From NCBI GenBank assembly GCA_020137815.1, contig CM035350.1:8184001-8248000 (forward strand): a DNA stretch of 64,000 nucleotides, in the 5' to 3' direction. Shown here piece by piece: positions 1 through 26,800 of the stretch (position 1 is its first letter; every line of letters begins with the position of its first letter). Source of the DNA: Hormiphora californensis. Taxonomy: Eukaryota > Animalia > Ctenophora. Position numbers and translations under genes: made by a program. The notes under the pieces are model-generated. The model ran no database searches. It saw nothing but the letters and a program-made list of their open reading frames with translations, and was not told the origin of the DNA.

Positions 1-400
1 AGTGGTTTGGCTGTTAGAGCCATTTTAGTGAATAAACTTTTTTTGGCAGCGTGCACCTGTAAACAGGCCACGAAACACCCAGATCGTAACGGCGCGTGTT
101 AAGATCTGGGTGTTTTGTGAGTGCTGACCCAGATCGTAACCGGAGCCGTTACAATCTGGGTGTTTGGTGGCCTGTTTACAGGTGCACGCTTCGAAAATGT
201 TGATTCACTAAACTCTAAAGTCTAAAGTGGCTCTAACTGCCGAACCACTCAACCGTTTTGGCTAATTCAAAGTTTATCTGGTAGGAAATGTCAAGGCCTA
301 ACCCCAACATCAACCCTTCTTTAGCCCTAACCCTAAAAAACCGTTTGTCAGCACTTACCAAACACCCAGATTTTAACGCTGGCCGATCGTAACGGCGCCC
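1..400. mobile_element. Foldback/MITE-type repeat, left end outside the window
   Basis: 1-~95 is the imperfect reverse complement of ~145-250 (GCGTGCACCTGTAAACAGGCCAC / GTGGCCTGTTTACAGGTGCACGC). Repeated CACCCAGATCGTAAC hairpin motifs; ends GATCGTAACGGCGCCC. Homologous fragments at ~28752-28945 and ~35440-35577. Confidence 0.75.
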
Positions 401-1328
401 GTCTCTTTTGGAGCAGTTGCAGAGGCCAGAGAGGGCAGCTCTCGCTGTCCAAAGATTCTTTGGAGCCAAGAAAATATCTTTAAAGACTATGCATAGACCC
501 ATCACACAAGGATCAACTAGTTTGAAATCAGTATGAAATTTAGGTGTTCCGTGCATGGGATATCGCTCAACTTTAATCTCCATCATTCTTTTGGAGTTTT
601 ACGTAATAGTACATGTATGCATTTGGCACAAAGAATGCTACGCCTACTCTAGATATCCTTTATCCGTGATTCGTGAAAAGACCTGATTTAACTTGTCCAG
701 ATCAGTACTCGATTTTCTGACCATAATTAGCTGGTGAGCGAGTACAACTTTCATCCAAACTGTGCATGTGGAGGGGGCATTACATACCGGATACCCGGTC
801 TCTACATTTAAGCCTAAGGTCTCTATGTGTGAGAGATTGTGTTGAGATACACTTACAAAATTTTCTTGAGAAAAACGTGATGTTCACTTTTTAGGTCATT
901 TCTAAACTTCTTCGGAAAGGTTATTTAGAAAATCGTTCGAAGTGTCGCTCAAGAAATGAAGCCAAAACACAAGTTAAAAAACATATAATCACAGTTGTAA
1001 AATAATCTCCCTCAGCAGCAGCAGCCACTCATTTGTGTCAGTTACGACAACAAGTGATTTTACACAGAATACTAACTGTCCGGTGTTCAGATTAAATAAT
1101 TGTTTCGACGCACACACACATTTCCTGTGAGAGAGTTGCATCACCACTTACACGCTGTTATACTGAAAGCTCACATCATGCGTGTGTGTTTTGATAGTTA
1201 CATTGTCTACAGTGCAGTAGCACCTGTTCAATTTGTACTTAGTATAGACTATAGATATATTAGACTCTATCTTGTGTTTATTGTCTTCGTATCTTTTACC
1301 ATCATTTGCTTATATTAGTAGATCTTCT

Positions 1329-11301
<9,973 letters not shown>

Positions 11302-11618
11302 CGTAATACTTTCTTAGTTTTGCAAACCGCCCCCCATCCTTTGTACCAGAAGTGTTGCCTAGCTAGAACATAACAACCAGAGGTGTAGAGTAGCTGAGAA
11401 ATGTTTAGTTTTAGGAGATCGTGTGTTGATTATATTATGTAGTTGAAAAACCAATAACTTAGTTTGGAAGTAAGGGTCCACTCCTGGTCCACTAGGCACT
11501 ATTTAACGGGATTGTTAATAAGCAAGAGAACGTTTTGTCACCGTTATTTGCAAATTAAAACAAAGCGTTATAATATTTAATCAGATCCCCCTTGTAGACC
11601 CCCATGGGGCCCATTAAG

Positions 11619-12685
11619 CCCTAGTTCCATGGGCAAAATTCTGCAAAATTTAGGCTGAATTACGCCTTTTATTATCAGGCCCAACGTATGCACAAGGCGT
11701 AATTCTGCAGCGTAATTCTGCCCATTAGTAGAGTCGATAAGAACACTCACCTCCTCCGATTTCAGTAAAACTTCTCACATGCTAAAATATGATAATGGAG
11801 GTACAAATACCGCTTATTTTAGGTCCAAAAAGTTTTTGGTTCGTTAATTATCGCTAATTGAAAAACGCCAAAAATGGGCTAAAATGGCCCTTAAGGTGGA
11901 TTTGAAATTTTGGAGTTGGAACTCCAGACTTCGTACAGGTGTCCGCTAGGATGCCAATATGCACCACAGGCGGGCTCAGGCCTAAATTCGTCCGAATTTT
12001 TGCGTAAGACCGGATGGCGTAAATCTTGGTCACGTGACCTCGGCTAACTTCTGAACCGCTCAAGTAAGGGATGTTTATAACCTGCTTAATCGATGCAGAA
12101 TATGATGAAAATGACACGTTTTGACATCATTTTTCATCCCAGACGCACAGGAAAGACACAAATCGCCTTACAAAATTGACGCCATCTAGTCTCCCGCTCT
12201 TTTTTTGCAAAACTCTAACTTCTGAACCGTTGAAGTAAGGGAGGTTCATAGCCTGCTTAATCGATGCAGAAAGAAAAATAAATGAGAGGAAATGGCCTTA
12301 TTTTTCATCTCCGGCGTGCAGGAAAGGCACAAATAGCAAAAAACTGATTTTTTGCCCAAATCACGTGACCAAAATTCACGCCATCCGGCCTTACGCAAAA
12401 ATTCGGACGAATTTAGGCCTGAGCCCGCCTGTGGTGCATATTGGCATCCTAGCGGACACCTGTACGAAGTCTGGAGTTCCAACTCCAAAATTTCAAATCC
12501 ACCTTAAGGGCCATTTTAGCCCATTTTTGGCGTTTTTCAATTAGCGATAATTAACGAACCAAAAGTTTTTCGGACCTAAAATAAGCGGTATTTGTACCTC
12601 CATTATCATATGTTAGCATGTGAGAAGTTTCACTGAAATCGGAGGAGGTGAGTGTTCTTATCGACTCTACTACATGGAACAAGGG
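11619..12685. mobile_element. Small (~120 bp) MITE whose right TIR is interrupted by a foldback element
   Basis: Left TIR CCCTAGTTCCATGGGCAAAATT. The right TIR AATTCTGCCCATGGAACAAGGG is restored by removing 11726-12672 and one CAT copy. Confidence 0.7.
11726..12672. mobile_element. Foldback DNA transposon, ~310-bp TIRs, non-autonomous
   Basis: 11726-~12037 is a near-perfect reverse complement of ~12361-12672 (ends TAGTAGAGTCGATAAGAACAC / GTGTTCTTATCGACTCTACTA). Internal direct repeat at ~12046-12099 and ~12217-12270. CAT is duplicated at both flanks. Confidence 0.92.
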
Positions 12686-12866
12686 TGTTATCCCCCTTTT
12701 TGTTTTTACGTGCGGTGATTATTATATATAGAGGCGTGTGAACGGGGAACCAACTACTTCAACCTCAAATGTTTTTTACTGTGAGTGTGAGTGTTTTTAA
12801 TACATAGAGCCGGAAAGGATATATGTTTTGTCTTGTCTCTCTCTCTATTATTCGAAGATCTCTAGC

Positions 12867-12960
12867 AGGAACCGACCGAATCAGGAAATACTGGTCCCTG
12901 ATTGGCTGATAACCAGTCACGTGACCTAAATAACGAGTTCTGATTGGTTGTTGGTTCCCG
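12867..12960. repeat. Short interspersed repeat fragment upstream of CLK, carrying two CCAAT (ATTGG) boxes and an E-box (CACGTG)
   Basis: CAGGAACCGACCGAATCAGGAAATACTGGTCCCTGATTGGCTGATAACCAGTCACGTGACCTAAATAACGAGTTCTGATTGG. Resembles a very abundant Pleurobrachia repeat as I recall it; not searched. Confidence 0.55.
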
Positions 12961-13508
12961 GGAGCGGGGAGAGAGACATGACGTGTTTCTCATTTTTTAA
13001 TTTCTATAGTTTTAGTGTTTAGTAAACTTGTTTACTCACTTTTGATTTCAGGTGTGTTTTATTCCAAACCACTGTGAGTGAAGTGCGTGTATTTGTTTGT
13101 TTGGTGTTCGGATCGTTCTTGAGTTTAAACCACTGAGATTTCCCTCCGTAATCGTTTATATTCCCTGGCTGTTGAGATGTAGCAGTCGTCTCTGATTTTC
13201 GTTGAGCTCTCATTGAGAACCATATGAGCTCGCTCTCCTCTTGTTTCTCTCTCTTCTATCTTTGCTCTTATACTCTCTCTCTCTGATTTGTCTCAGTCTG
13301 CTTCTCTTTCAACTCTCTCTATTCTCCTCATTTCTCTCTGTCCTATTGCTAAGCAGTTTGTTTCCTATTTCCTGGCTCTAGCTCCCTCTCTCTCTCTATC
13401 ATTTCCTCTCTCTCTCTGATCCCCCTCTCTACTTTCTCTGATCTCTCTCTCTCTATCTCCACTCTCTCTCACTCTATTCTTTCTCTCTCTCTCTTCTCTA
13501 TTATGTTG

Positions 13509-13568
<60 letters not shown>

Positions 13569-13612
13569 TCTCTGCAGTTATAGCAGCAGCAGCCGTAGCG
13601 CTGTCTTACATC

Positions 13613-17228
<3,616 letters not shown>

Positions 17229-18499
17229 GAGAACAAGTTGTAGATTTTGTAAAATTATTTGCAATTGTTTTGAAGATCTGTTGATGAAATGTTAAGAAGA
17301 AACGCAAAGAGACTTGAAATATAATATATTGCATCAAGTGAGATTTGACATGAGATATTGACTAATATTATGTTAACATCTAACATATTTTTTATGGTTA
17401 GAATCCACTTCGTTTAGATTTGTTTTCAAAAGAGAGGATTCAGTTGTTCGTTGGTATTTTCCATGAAATTACCACAGAACCGAAACACAAACTGTAAGAC
17501 ACAGATCCCCTCTTTTCACTGGAAAGTGTTGGTGGACAAGGGAGGTCTGACTCTGTAGCTACTAGCTGTCTGTCTGGTGGCACCGATCTGATTTGAGCGC
17601 ACTGTTGCGTCTTGTGGCGCCACAGGTAAAAAGTCAAGGGGTGCCTCCCAATCACTGGGTAAGCTAAAGCAAGAGTGCCTGACAAGCGGTGCTTAATAAG
17701 CACTCCAAAGCCCTAAACCACACCATACCGAGGTACTAGGTAGCAAAGTGCAATGTTTAGCAGTCTGGCACCGCGGACCCCATCTGCCTCAGATGTTTAG
17801 TACCTCCGAAGTGGTTTACTGTGTAAGACAGAGCTTTTCGAGACGAATCCAACTTAACCACTAACCAGAATTAGCTTTATAATTCTATCTCATCGGGAAG
17901 TGCCGGGTCTGGACTCTGGTACCTTCATTTTTTGTCATTTTTCGGTGCACGAGCCAATCAGAGGCCAGAATTTCAAATTTAGACCTCTGATTGGCTTGCA
18001 AACCCAAAAATGACCAAAAAATGATTAAAAATTACGGCCTCCCGGCTCCCTTGCACCTCGGGAAGTCAGCCAGAGATCTGCGCGTGGGAGATCTCTCAGA
18101 GACGTGCGCGAGGTGGGTTAATTGGGATACACCGCGCGCTACAGCAACAACTGCAGAAAGTGTGCCATTGACCAAAAACACATGTCAATTCCCGCAGGTT
18201 TTCCAGTTCCATCGATACTCCAGAAGAGGTCAGCTGGCAGACTTCCCGAAGTCTCGGGAATGTACCTGTAAATGGTTGGTTAGGAAGGGACAGGGGACAC
18301 ACTGAATAACTAGCCGAGATATATGCACTCTCGGAGAAGTGGAAGTGGACTGATTTGTTATTTATTGGAAGCATCGGAAACTCCACAAGAACGTTCGTTT
18401 TATGAAGATTTTTTTGGGTTAGTTTGGGATACATGTAGTAGTGGTTGGTTATCACACCTCTGTACTCAAGGTGAGTTTGTAGTAGCGTGTTAAATGAAG

Positions 18500-18693
18500 T
18501 ATGAACGTTTGCAGACTGGCGCGTTATCAAGTTGGCTGTCGCCAGCGCGAGCTGGGGACAGCCAACTGGAGTTTAATCGCCCGGCAGGGCGATTAAACTG
18601 GTTTAAATCCCGACGCCGATCCCGAGGCGCCAGCCGAGGGTGAGGGGGAGGTGATTTAAACCTATAACGCGATAGGCTAACAAACGTTCATAT
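18500..18693. mobile_element. MITE-like element: imperfect TIRs enclosing three adjacent hairpins
   Basis: TATGAACGTTTG..CGCGTTAT / ATAACGCG..CAAACGTTCATA enclose hairpins 18530-18567, 18570-18599 and 18600-18662. Confidence 0.65.
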
Positions 18694-19578
18694 TTTATGA
18701 AACCCGATAGTAATTACACACAAATAAGAGACACAACACAAGGTGAAACACACTAGGACTGCTGGCAATTAGTCAACAGACGCCGTGAAAATGTGTGTAG
18801 ACTTAGTGTCTACTGTTCCTAACATGTTTGAGAAAGAGAGAGAAAGATTAGGGGCAATACACACTGTCAGAGGTAGTGAACAGTAAAAGAGACAATGAGA
18901 GAGAGAAATGAATGGAATGTGATTCTTTTCACTCCTTATGAGAGAGATAACATTGAAACGTGTTGCAGACATGTTTCCCCTTTCTTTTGTTGACAGAACT
19001 GTGTGTTTACACACATTTTCAATACTTAGAATTTTACACGCATGTTATTCAAATGAAGAGAAACGCGTGAAAGAGGGAACTGGTCTGTCAAACTGCGAGG
19101 AGGGTGTTAAATCTCCCAGCTGGCGGTTATCATGTGCGCGCAAATTCTTCAAACGACCGATAAATCAGCTATCGGGTTTCATAATTAAGTAAGGAAGGGA
19201 AACCGAATACCACATCATATTATGCATAATGTATTTAGCAAGGAAATAATATTTGTGACCCGTCTCTTTTTCTTTCCTTTTCTGTCGCTCTTTCTTCTAA
19301 TTTATATTCCTTTCTCGTCTTTTCTCTCCCCTACAATGTCATCCGCTTATTATAAAATCTTGCCAGCCGTTAAGCCGTTTATGCATGTTTTTGATCCCTG
19401 TGAGTTCTGTTGAATTGCTTATCCTGCGGACATATGCAGTGTCAGACGACTCAAGTGTTCTGTAACCTTCGAGAACAATCCAGCTGTGATTTCTCTCCCT
19501 TTCTCTCTCTCAACTTTAAGCAAGGAGAATCATACTTCAATCGCATCGTATATTAATAGTCTTAGTTGTTGTCGCAAT

Positions 19579-22500
19579 ATGGTTTTCTTGAGTAAGTCTG
19601 CGTCGGTAATACATGATTTGCGGTACGATCATCTGTGTGAGGACAAACGGCGCAAGGTATGATATCTTTACAGTCGGACCCCGATTTAGGGGCCCCCGAT
19701 TTAGTGGCACCCCGATTTAGGGACAGGATTTTTTCCCCCGATATAGGAAATTAACCTTATTTGACCCCGATTTAGTGGACACCCCGATTTAGTGGACAAG
19801 AGCCTTTCCCCCGAGGGTGTCCCTAAATCGGGGTCCGACTGTATTTGGTTTACATCACTAGATCAAAAGTATATAACTCTGTTCACAACTCGGGTGTATG
19901 GCTAGTCGATCTGATCGATCTCTTGGGAGACCCTTGTCCCTTATAATATAACCGCTACAAACATCTCTCCTCCTCAGTTGGCTCCCATTACGATATGCAT
20001 CACGGGGGCAGCGGGACGTATAGCCTACTCCCTGATCCAGTCCCTAGCGAAGGGGGATGTGTTTGGACACGAGCAGCTCCTAGTTCTCCACCTCCTCGAC
20101 ATCGAGCAGAGCAAGGAAGCAATGGAGGGTGTTGCTATGGAGATAGAGGACATGGCTAGTCACGTGGTGGAAAAGTGTGTAATCACTACCTCAATTAAGG
20201 AGGCACTATCTGGAGCTGATGTGGCAGTCCTCATTGCATCTGTACCCCATCTACCTGGTATGGAGAGGAAGGACCTGTTGAAGGCTAATGTACGAATCTT
20301 TAAGGAGACTGGTGAGACTTTGGAGCAAGTTGCAAAGAGAAGTATCAAAGTGCTGGTAGTGGCTAATCCGTGCAATACAAATGCTCTGATTTGTATGGAA
20401 TATGCACCCTCCATCCCGCGACACCAGTTTACCGGGCTGAGCATGCTGGATCACAATCGTACTCTTGCGCAGGTACACGTGTTCTGTCCTTGTGTAGTAT
20501 CTCTCTCTCTTTCTCTCTCTCTCGGTCCACTACACGCACCACTCCCACATGGGGCCGTGAGGCCCCATGCGAGAGCAGGGTTAAATCCCCCGGACCCGGA
20601 TCCTGTTGGATCTGAGGGCCCGGAGGGCTTGCGGAGTAAAGGTAGGGTAGGTAGAACAATGTACGGCAGGTCGGAAGAATCTCGACACCGAAATATATAT
20701 GTATTTCAAATACATATGTATTTCAAATACACATGTCTATTTCATCTGAAATATATATGTATTTCAAATATATATGTATTTCAAATGCTAATGAGGGGGA
20801 TGGACATGTGATACGATTCTGGAACGCCTTATTAGCAGTGGGAGACAATACGGGATATGAACCATGTGATTCGGGGAAGCTTATTAGCAGTAGGAGACGA
20901 TACGAGATATGGAACATGATTCGGGGAAGCCAATCAAGAGTGTTAGACGATATGAGACACGATTCGGGGAAGGTTTCTATCGCTTTCCATCCCTATGACC
21001 CTATCCACATCGCTGTGTCTCTCTGTCTGTCTCTCTTTCTTTCGAATGAGAAAAGACAGTTGAGCTCCGTGGAAATAGGTTTCGTCGCTTTCCTAGCAGG
21101 TAGATGTAGGCGGTAAGCGGACTCTAGTGCTCAAATCACGAAAAGCGAACTCGAGATTTCGGCCGTTAGGCCGGAAACGAGAGTTTGCTGTGCCTCTTTA
21201 CTCGTTTAGAAGTGTTAGGGCTGTTATTTGGGTTCGAGGTTAGGGTTTAGTGTAAAGGTTAGGGCTAGATATAGAGTCCTCCTTGGGTTTATATATAGAG
21301 TCCGTTAGCACTAGAGTCCGCCTACCAGATGTAGGCACCTAGCCTCTCGGTCGTTTCTTGCAGATTGTCGGTTTAGCTAGAGAAACCGGATTGGAAGGAG
21401 GTGGCGGCATTGAAGGACTAATGGTCAGGGAGGTCAAGAAGATATCATCCATTCAATTCGCATGGCTAAACCATGTCTTTTCTCATATCATTCGGTAAAA
21501 AGTTATGGGTATCTCTCTTTCTCCATGTTTCTCTTTCTCCCTTCGAGAAAGTGAGAGAGAAAGAGGGAGATAGAGAAAGAAAGAGAAAGAAAGAGAGACA
21601 CAGAGATGTGGATAGGGTCATAGAGATGGAAAGCGATAGAAACCTTCCCCGAATCGTGTCTCATATCGTCTAACACTCTTGATTGGCTTCCTCGAATCAT
21701 GTTCCATATCTTGTATCGTCTCCTACTGCTAATAAGCTTCCCCGAATCACATGGTTCATATCCCGTATTGTCTCCCACTGCTAATAAGGCGTTCCAGAAT
21801 CGTATCACATGTCCATCCCCCTCATTAGCATTTGAAATCATAGCACTGGCAAGTGCCCCGGGCCCAAAAGGGGGGTGTGGGGGCACAGCCCCCACCAGAA
21901 ACGGGGGTGTGGGGGCAGAGCCCCCACCTTAGAAATACCCTCTAACTCAAAAACAAAAGAGAGAGCACACGCAACACTTCTACACACAAGCGCGTGAAAA
22001 CCTGCCAGTGCTACAGCTATATACCATTGCAGATTTCGGGGTTTTTGATGCTTTAAAAAAGCATGTTCCAGATGAAGTAGAGAGCTGAAATTTTGTACTC
22101 TGAGGGCCCTCATATAGGAGAAGAGGCATGCAAATTTTCAGAACGATCGGATATAAGGTAAAAATTTGCCAGAGGGGTCCCAAAATGCAAAAATGTAAGG
22201 AGGGGGAGGGGGAGGACGCTTTTTTATCTTTGAGTGTTCTCCTAAACCACAAATAGTAGAGACTTGCCGTTTGGAACAGTGGTTCCTTACATCATTGCGC
22301 TCGGTAATAGCTGTGTGAGAACTTCGAAATCGCCATAGTTCATTAATTATTCATTAATTAGTCATTAAATATTCATTTAAACCATGGTCGCGATATGACA
22401 CGACTCGAAGGTCATGGAAACTTGAAACCGGTCTTATTCGACGCGGAATCGTCGATTTATGGGGGGTCTTACTCGGGACAAAAGTCTCTATCTCGCACCG

Positions 22501-23785
22501 TTAAGCCGTTATTTGCATATTTATGCACCTATTCACGATTTTATGCATGTTTTCAATATTTTCACTTCGGCTGGTCCTAGAACGTTTTCATGGACATATT
22601 TCGACGCAAAATAGTCGATTTATAGGGGGTCATCCCCCGGACAAAAAGTCGTATCTCGCACCGTTAAGCCGTTATTTGCATATTTATGCACCGATTCATG
22701 ATTTAATGCATATTCTGAATATTTCCAGTTCGGCTGGTCCTAGAACGTTTTCATGGACATATTTCGACGCAAAATAGTCGATTTATGGGGGGTCTTACTC
22801 GGGACAAAAATCTCTATCTCGCACCGTTAAGCCGTTATTTGCATATTTATGCACCTATTCACGATTTTATGCATGTTTTCAATATTTTCACTTCGGCTGG
22901 TCCTAGAACGTTTTCATGGACATATTTCGACGCAAAATAGTCGATTTATGGGGGGTCATCCCCCGGACAAAAAGTCGTATCTCGCACCGTTAAGCCGTTA
23001 TTTGCATATTTATGCACCGATTCATGATTTAATGCATATTTTTAATATTTCCACTTCGGCTGGTCCTAGAACGTTTTCATGAACATATTCCAGCGCAGAA
23101 TAGTCGATTTATGGGGGGTCTTACTCGGGACAAAAATCTCTATCTCGCACCGTTAAGCCGTTATTTGCATATTTATGCACCTATTCACGATTTTATGCAT
23201 GTTTTCAATATTTTCACTTCGGCTGGTCCTAGAACGTTTTCATGGACATATTTCGACGCAAAATAGTCGATTTATGGGGGGTCAGTCCCCCTGGACAAAA
23301 AGTCGTATCTCGCACCGTTAAGCCGTTATTTGCATATTTATGCACCGATTCATGATTTAATGCATATTTTTAATATTTCCACTTCGGCTGGTCCTAGAAC
23401 GTTTTCATGAACATATTCCAGCGCAGAATAGTCGATTTATGGGGGGTCGTCCCCCTGACAAAAAGTCGTATCTCTCACCGTTTAGTCGTTATTCGCATAT
23501 TTATGAACTATTCAAATTCGAAAATATGCAGAAATCAGGAAAAAAATAGCTTTTTCTATTTTACACCAAAAAGAACAGAAATTAAGTCCAAAAACCAATT
23601 AAATAAATTAGTTTGGATGCCCGGGCCCATGTGGTGTCACGGGGGTAACACCTTTAGGCTACTGTCATAAATCATGGATATCGAGAGAGATAAAGGCAAA
23701 GGAAATTAAGATAGAAAGAGTGATATATAATCAAGAAAGACGGAGCTGGAGAGAGAAAAATGAGAGATATAGTGGAAGAAACAGT

Positions 23786-23831
<46 letters not shown>

Positions 23832-26800
23832 TTGAGAGAGAGAGAGAGAGTAGAAGAACGGAAGAGAGAGAGAAGGAGAAAAAGTGCTGACGTGAGAGAG
23901 ATTGAGACGCTCGAGCTACGGCGGAGGCGAAGGAGAGCGAGAGAGACAGAACGAGAAGACGTAAGAGCATGAGCCTAAGAGAGAGATGACCCCGATGACG
24001 ACAGAGGAGCGGAGGAGAGAAATTAGTAAGAGTGGAAATTAAGATAAATTTGAAGGAAAATAATATTACGAGAATACGGTAATTGGCATCGATGGATAGT
24101 TTAAACGTACCACATAGGCCCGGGCATCAACTATTTATTAATGGTTGACTTAAAAATATGAATACATATATATTCAGTGAAAGACATTTATAAATACATA
24201 TGATTAAACAAATTTGTGTACGAGATCTCCGGGCTGCCCAGCAGGGCACGGATTTTGTATGTTGGGTGGTCGTCAAAATGTATTGTGAAATAAATTATGG
24301 AGATCTGGATAATCCTGTATGTTTACAATTTTTTGTCAAAAATTCGAAAATCATTTCACTTTTTTTGGTCATTCTGATGTGCTCTAATTTCCATGTTAAT
24401 ATTTATGGGGAATTTATCATTTCCTTGGAACCATTTCGACAATTTTTTTGTCAAAATTCGAAACATTTTTCATTCCTTCATTCATTTTCGTTTCATTCAT
24501 GATGTAGCATCCATTTCCTCGTTACATTTTCTTGCTTGAAATTTTCGTTTCAATACACATGAAAAAGATCTTGCCACAAGAAAAACCCGGCAAAGATCAA
24601 ATGTTCTAATTTTTTAGCTTCTTTTAGGACATTCAACAGAGTATGCAAGGCTACCTGGTTGTTTGGCCTTCTAAACTTGGGAAAAGTTAATAGCGTTTTG
24701 TCACGGATTAGGGCCAAGGATCAAGTTCATTTGCACCTTTTGGTCAGTTCATTGGTATTTTTCAAAAATCCCAAGATGAAACGGTTTGTTTGCGTTTGGC
24801 CGTCCATGCAATGAAAAGATGTAAATAGCTATTCGGTATTTTAGGTGTCCATGTGATCATGATGATATCTGACACCTTTTCTGAGCCATGATTAAGGGAT
24901 TTTCTCAAATTCAAGCATGTAACTTGGTTTTTCTGCGATTAGTACCGTGCAGCAATGTTATGAGATCTCATAACAACTCAAAAATGATTATTAGCTCAAT
25001 GAAATGAGTTGATTTATGATGTAATTGTTCGTTTCGTTCAATTTGACATCGGTTTTAATCTTTTCAATCAGAAATCAACTCATTTCATTGAGCTAATCAT
25101 CATTTTTGAGGTGTTATGAGATCTCATAACATTGCTGCACGGTACTAATCGCAGAAAAACCAAGTTACATGCTTGAATTTGAGAAAATCCCTTAATTATG
25201 GCTCAGAAAAGGTGTCAGATATCATCATGATCACATGGACATCCACAAACTAGCCCGGAAACATGCTATTACACCTCTCTGTCATTGCAGGACATGGGCC
25301 AAACAAAACCCAAACCTTTTCATCACTTTAGGGATGTTGGTTCCTGAATGAACGGAATGAACTAACAAAAATGAAAAATGAACTTTGACCTTTGGCCTTG
25401 ATTTTTCTTGTGAGCAAAGATCTTTGCTTATCCAATGTTTTCCCAAAGTTTTAAGAAGATTGAACGAAAGGTAGCCGTGATACATCTGTTTGAAAATCGC
25501 AAAAAGAGCCAAAATCATGCATGAACATTTTCTCAACTGCTGAGTGACTTGGTGCTTCAATTTCATTTTCATGGTGCTCATTGGAAAGATAAATTCAAGC
25601 CAAAGAAAAATAGCATAATGATGGAAAATTAGGATGCTCACATCATGAATGAACGAGAAATGAATGAAGGAATGAAAAATGAATTTTCGAATTTTTGACA
25701 AAAAATTATGGAAAAAGTTTCCAAGGAATTGATCCAGAGTGCTCCCATAATTTTTATTCTCACAACTATCACCGTTTTGATGCACCACCTCGCTAACCAT
25801 GACCAACAATCCGTGGCCCACCTTGTACATACGGGTAAATTTAACAATGTACATATGGGTTAAGGAAAGGGGATGATATTAAAAAGGGGGAAGTAAAGTG
25901 GGATTAAAGCTCATGGTGACGGAGCACAAGACCTCCTAAACTATCTGCAAAGAAGCCCAATCTGCTACAATGAATTCTAAGAAGAGACAACTTATCAGGA
26001 ACTGAAGAAGCAAACCGTCTGAATCTAAGGCAGCCTAAAACAAGCAGGAACGGGTTCGAGCGAACAAAAATAAATAAATACAAATGGATGATGATTACAT
26101 GTCGAGCCAGAGAGCCAGCTGACCCCGTTCCAGAGAAGCCAGCTGACCCCGTTCCAGAGAAGACAGCCACCCCGTTCCAGAGAAGACAGCTGACCCCGTT
26201 CCAGTAAGGACAGCTGACCCCGTTCCAGTAAAGACAGCTGACCCCGTTCCAGTAAAGACAGCTGACCCCGTTCCAGAGAGGACAGCCACCCCACTCCAGA
26301 GAGGACAGCTGACCCCGTTCCAGTAAGGACAGCTGACCCCGTTCCAGTAAAGACAGCTGACCCCGTTCCAGAGAGGACAGCCACCCCGCTCCAGAGAGGA
26401 CAGCTGACCCCGTTCCAGTAAGGACAGCTGACCCCGTTCCAGTAAAGACAGCTGACCCCGTACCAGTAAAGACAGCTGACCCCGTTCCAGAGAGGACAGC
26501 CACCCCGTTCCAGAGAGGACAGCTGACCCCGTTCCAGTAAAGACAGCTGACCCCGCTCCAGAGAGGACAGCCACCCCGCTCCAGAGAGGACAGCTGACCC
26601 CGTTCCAGTAAGGACAGCTGACCCCGCTCCAGTAAAGACAGCTGACCCCGCTCCAAAGAATCATCTCCGATGTAGAACCCTATCAAAAATGGAAGAAGTG
26701 GGTTAGGGGGGCTAGTAGAACAAAAACAGTATTGGTTAGAGAGTTAGTGGATAAAGGGGCGTTGGGGTCCACAGTTGGCTGGAAGATGCCTGTTCCACTG

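Noticed and set aside
21214-21266. TTAGGG-like motifs as an interstitial telomere
   Set aside because: Only scattered, degenerate copies inside a MITE.
20733-21932. Apparently duplicated small genes on opposite strands
   Set aside because: They are the two arms of an intronic inverted repeat, with no splice signals or recognisable domain.
25904-26686. LERGQLSL repeat protein (260 aa)
   Set aside because: Mixed 23/24-bp units shift frame repeatedly and all three minus frames are open, as expected for a non-coding minisatellite.
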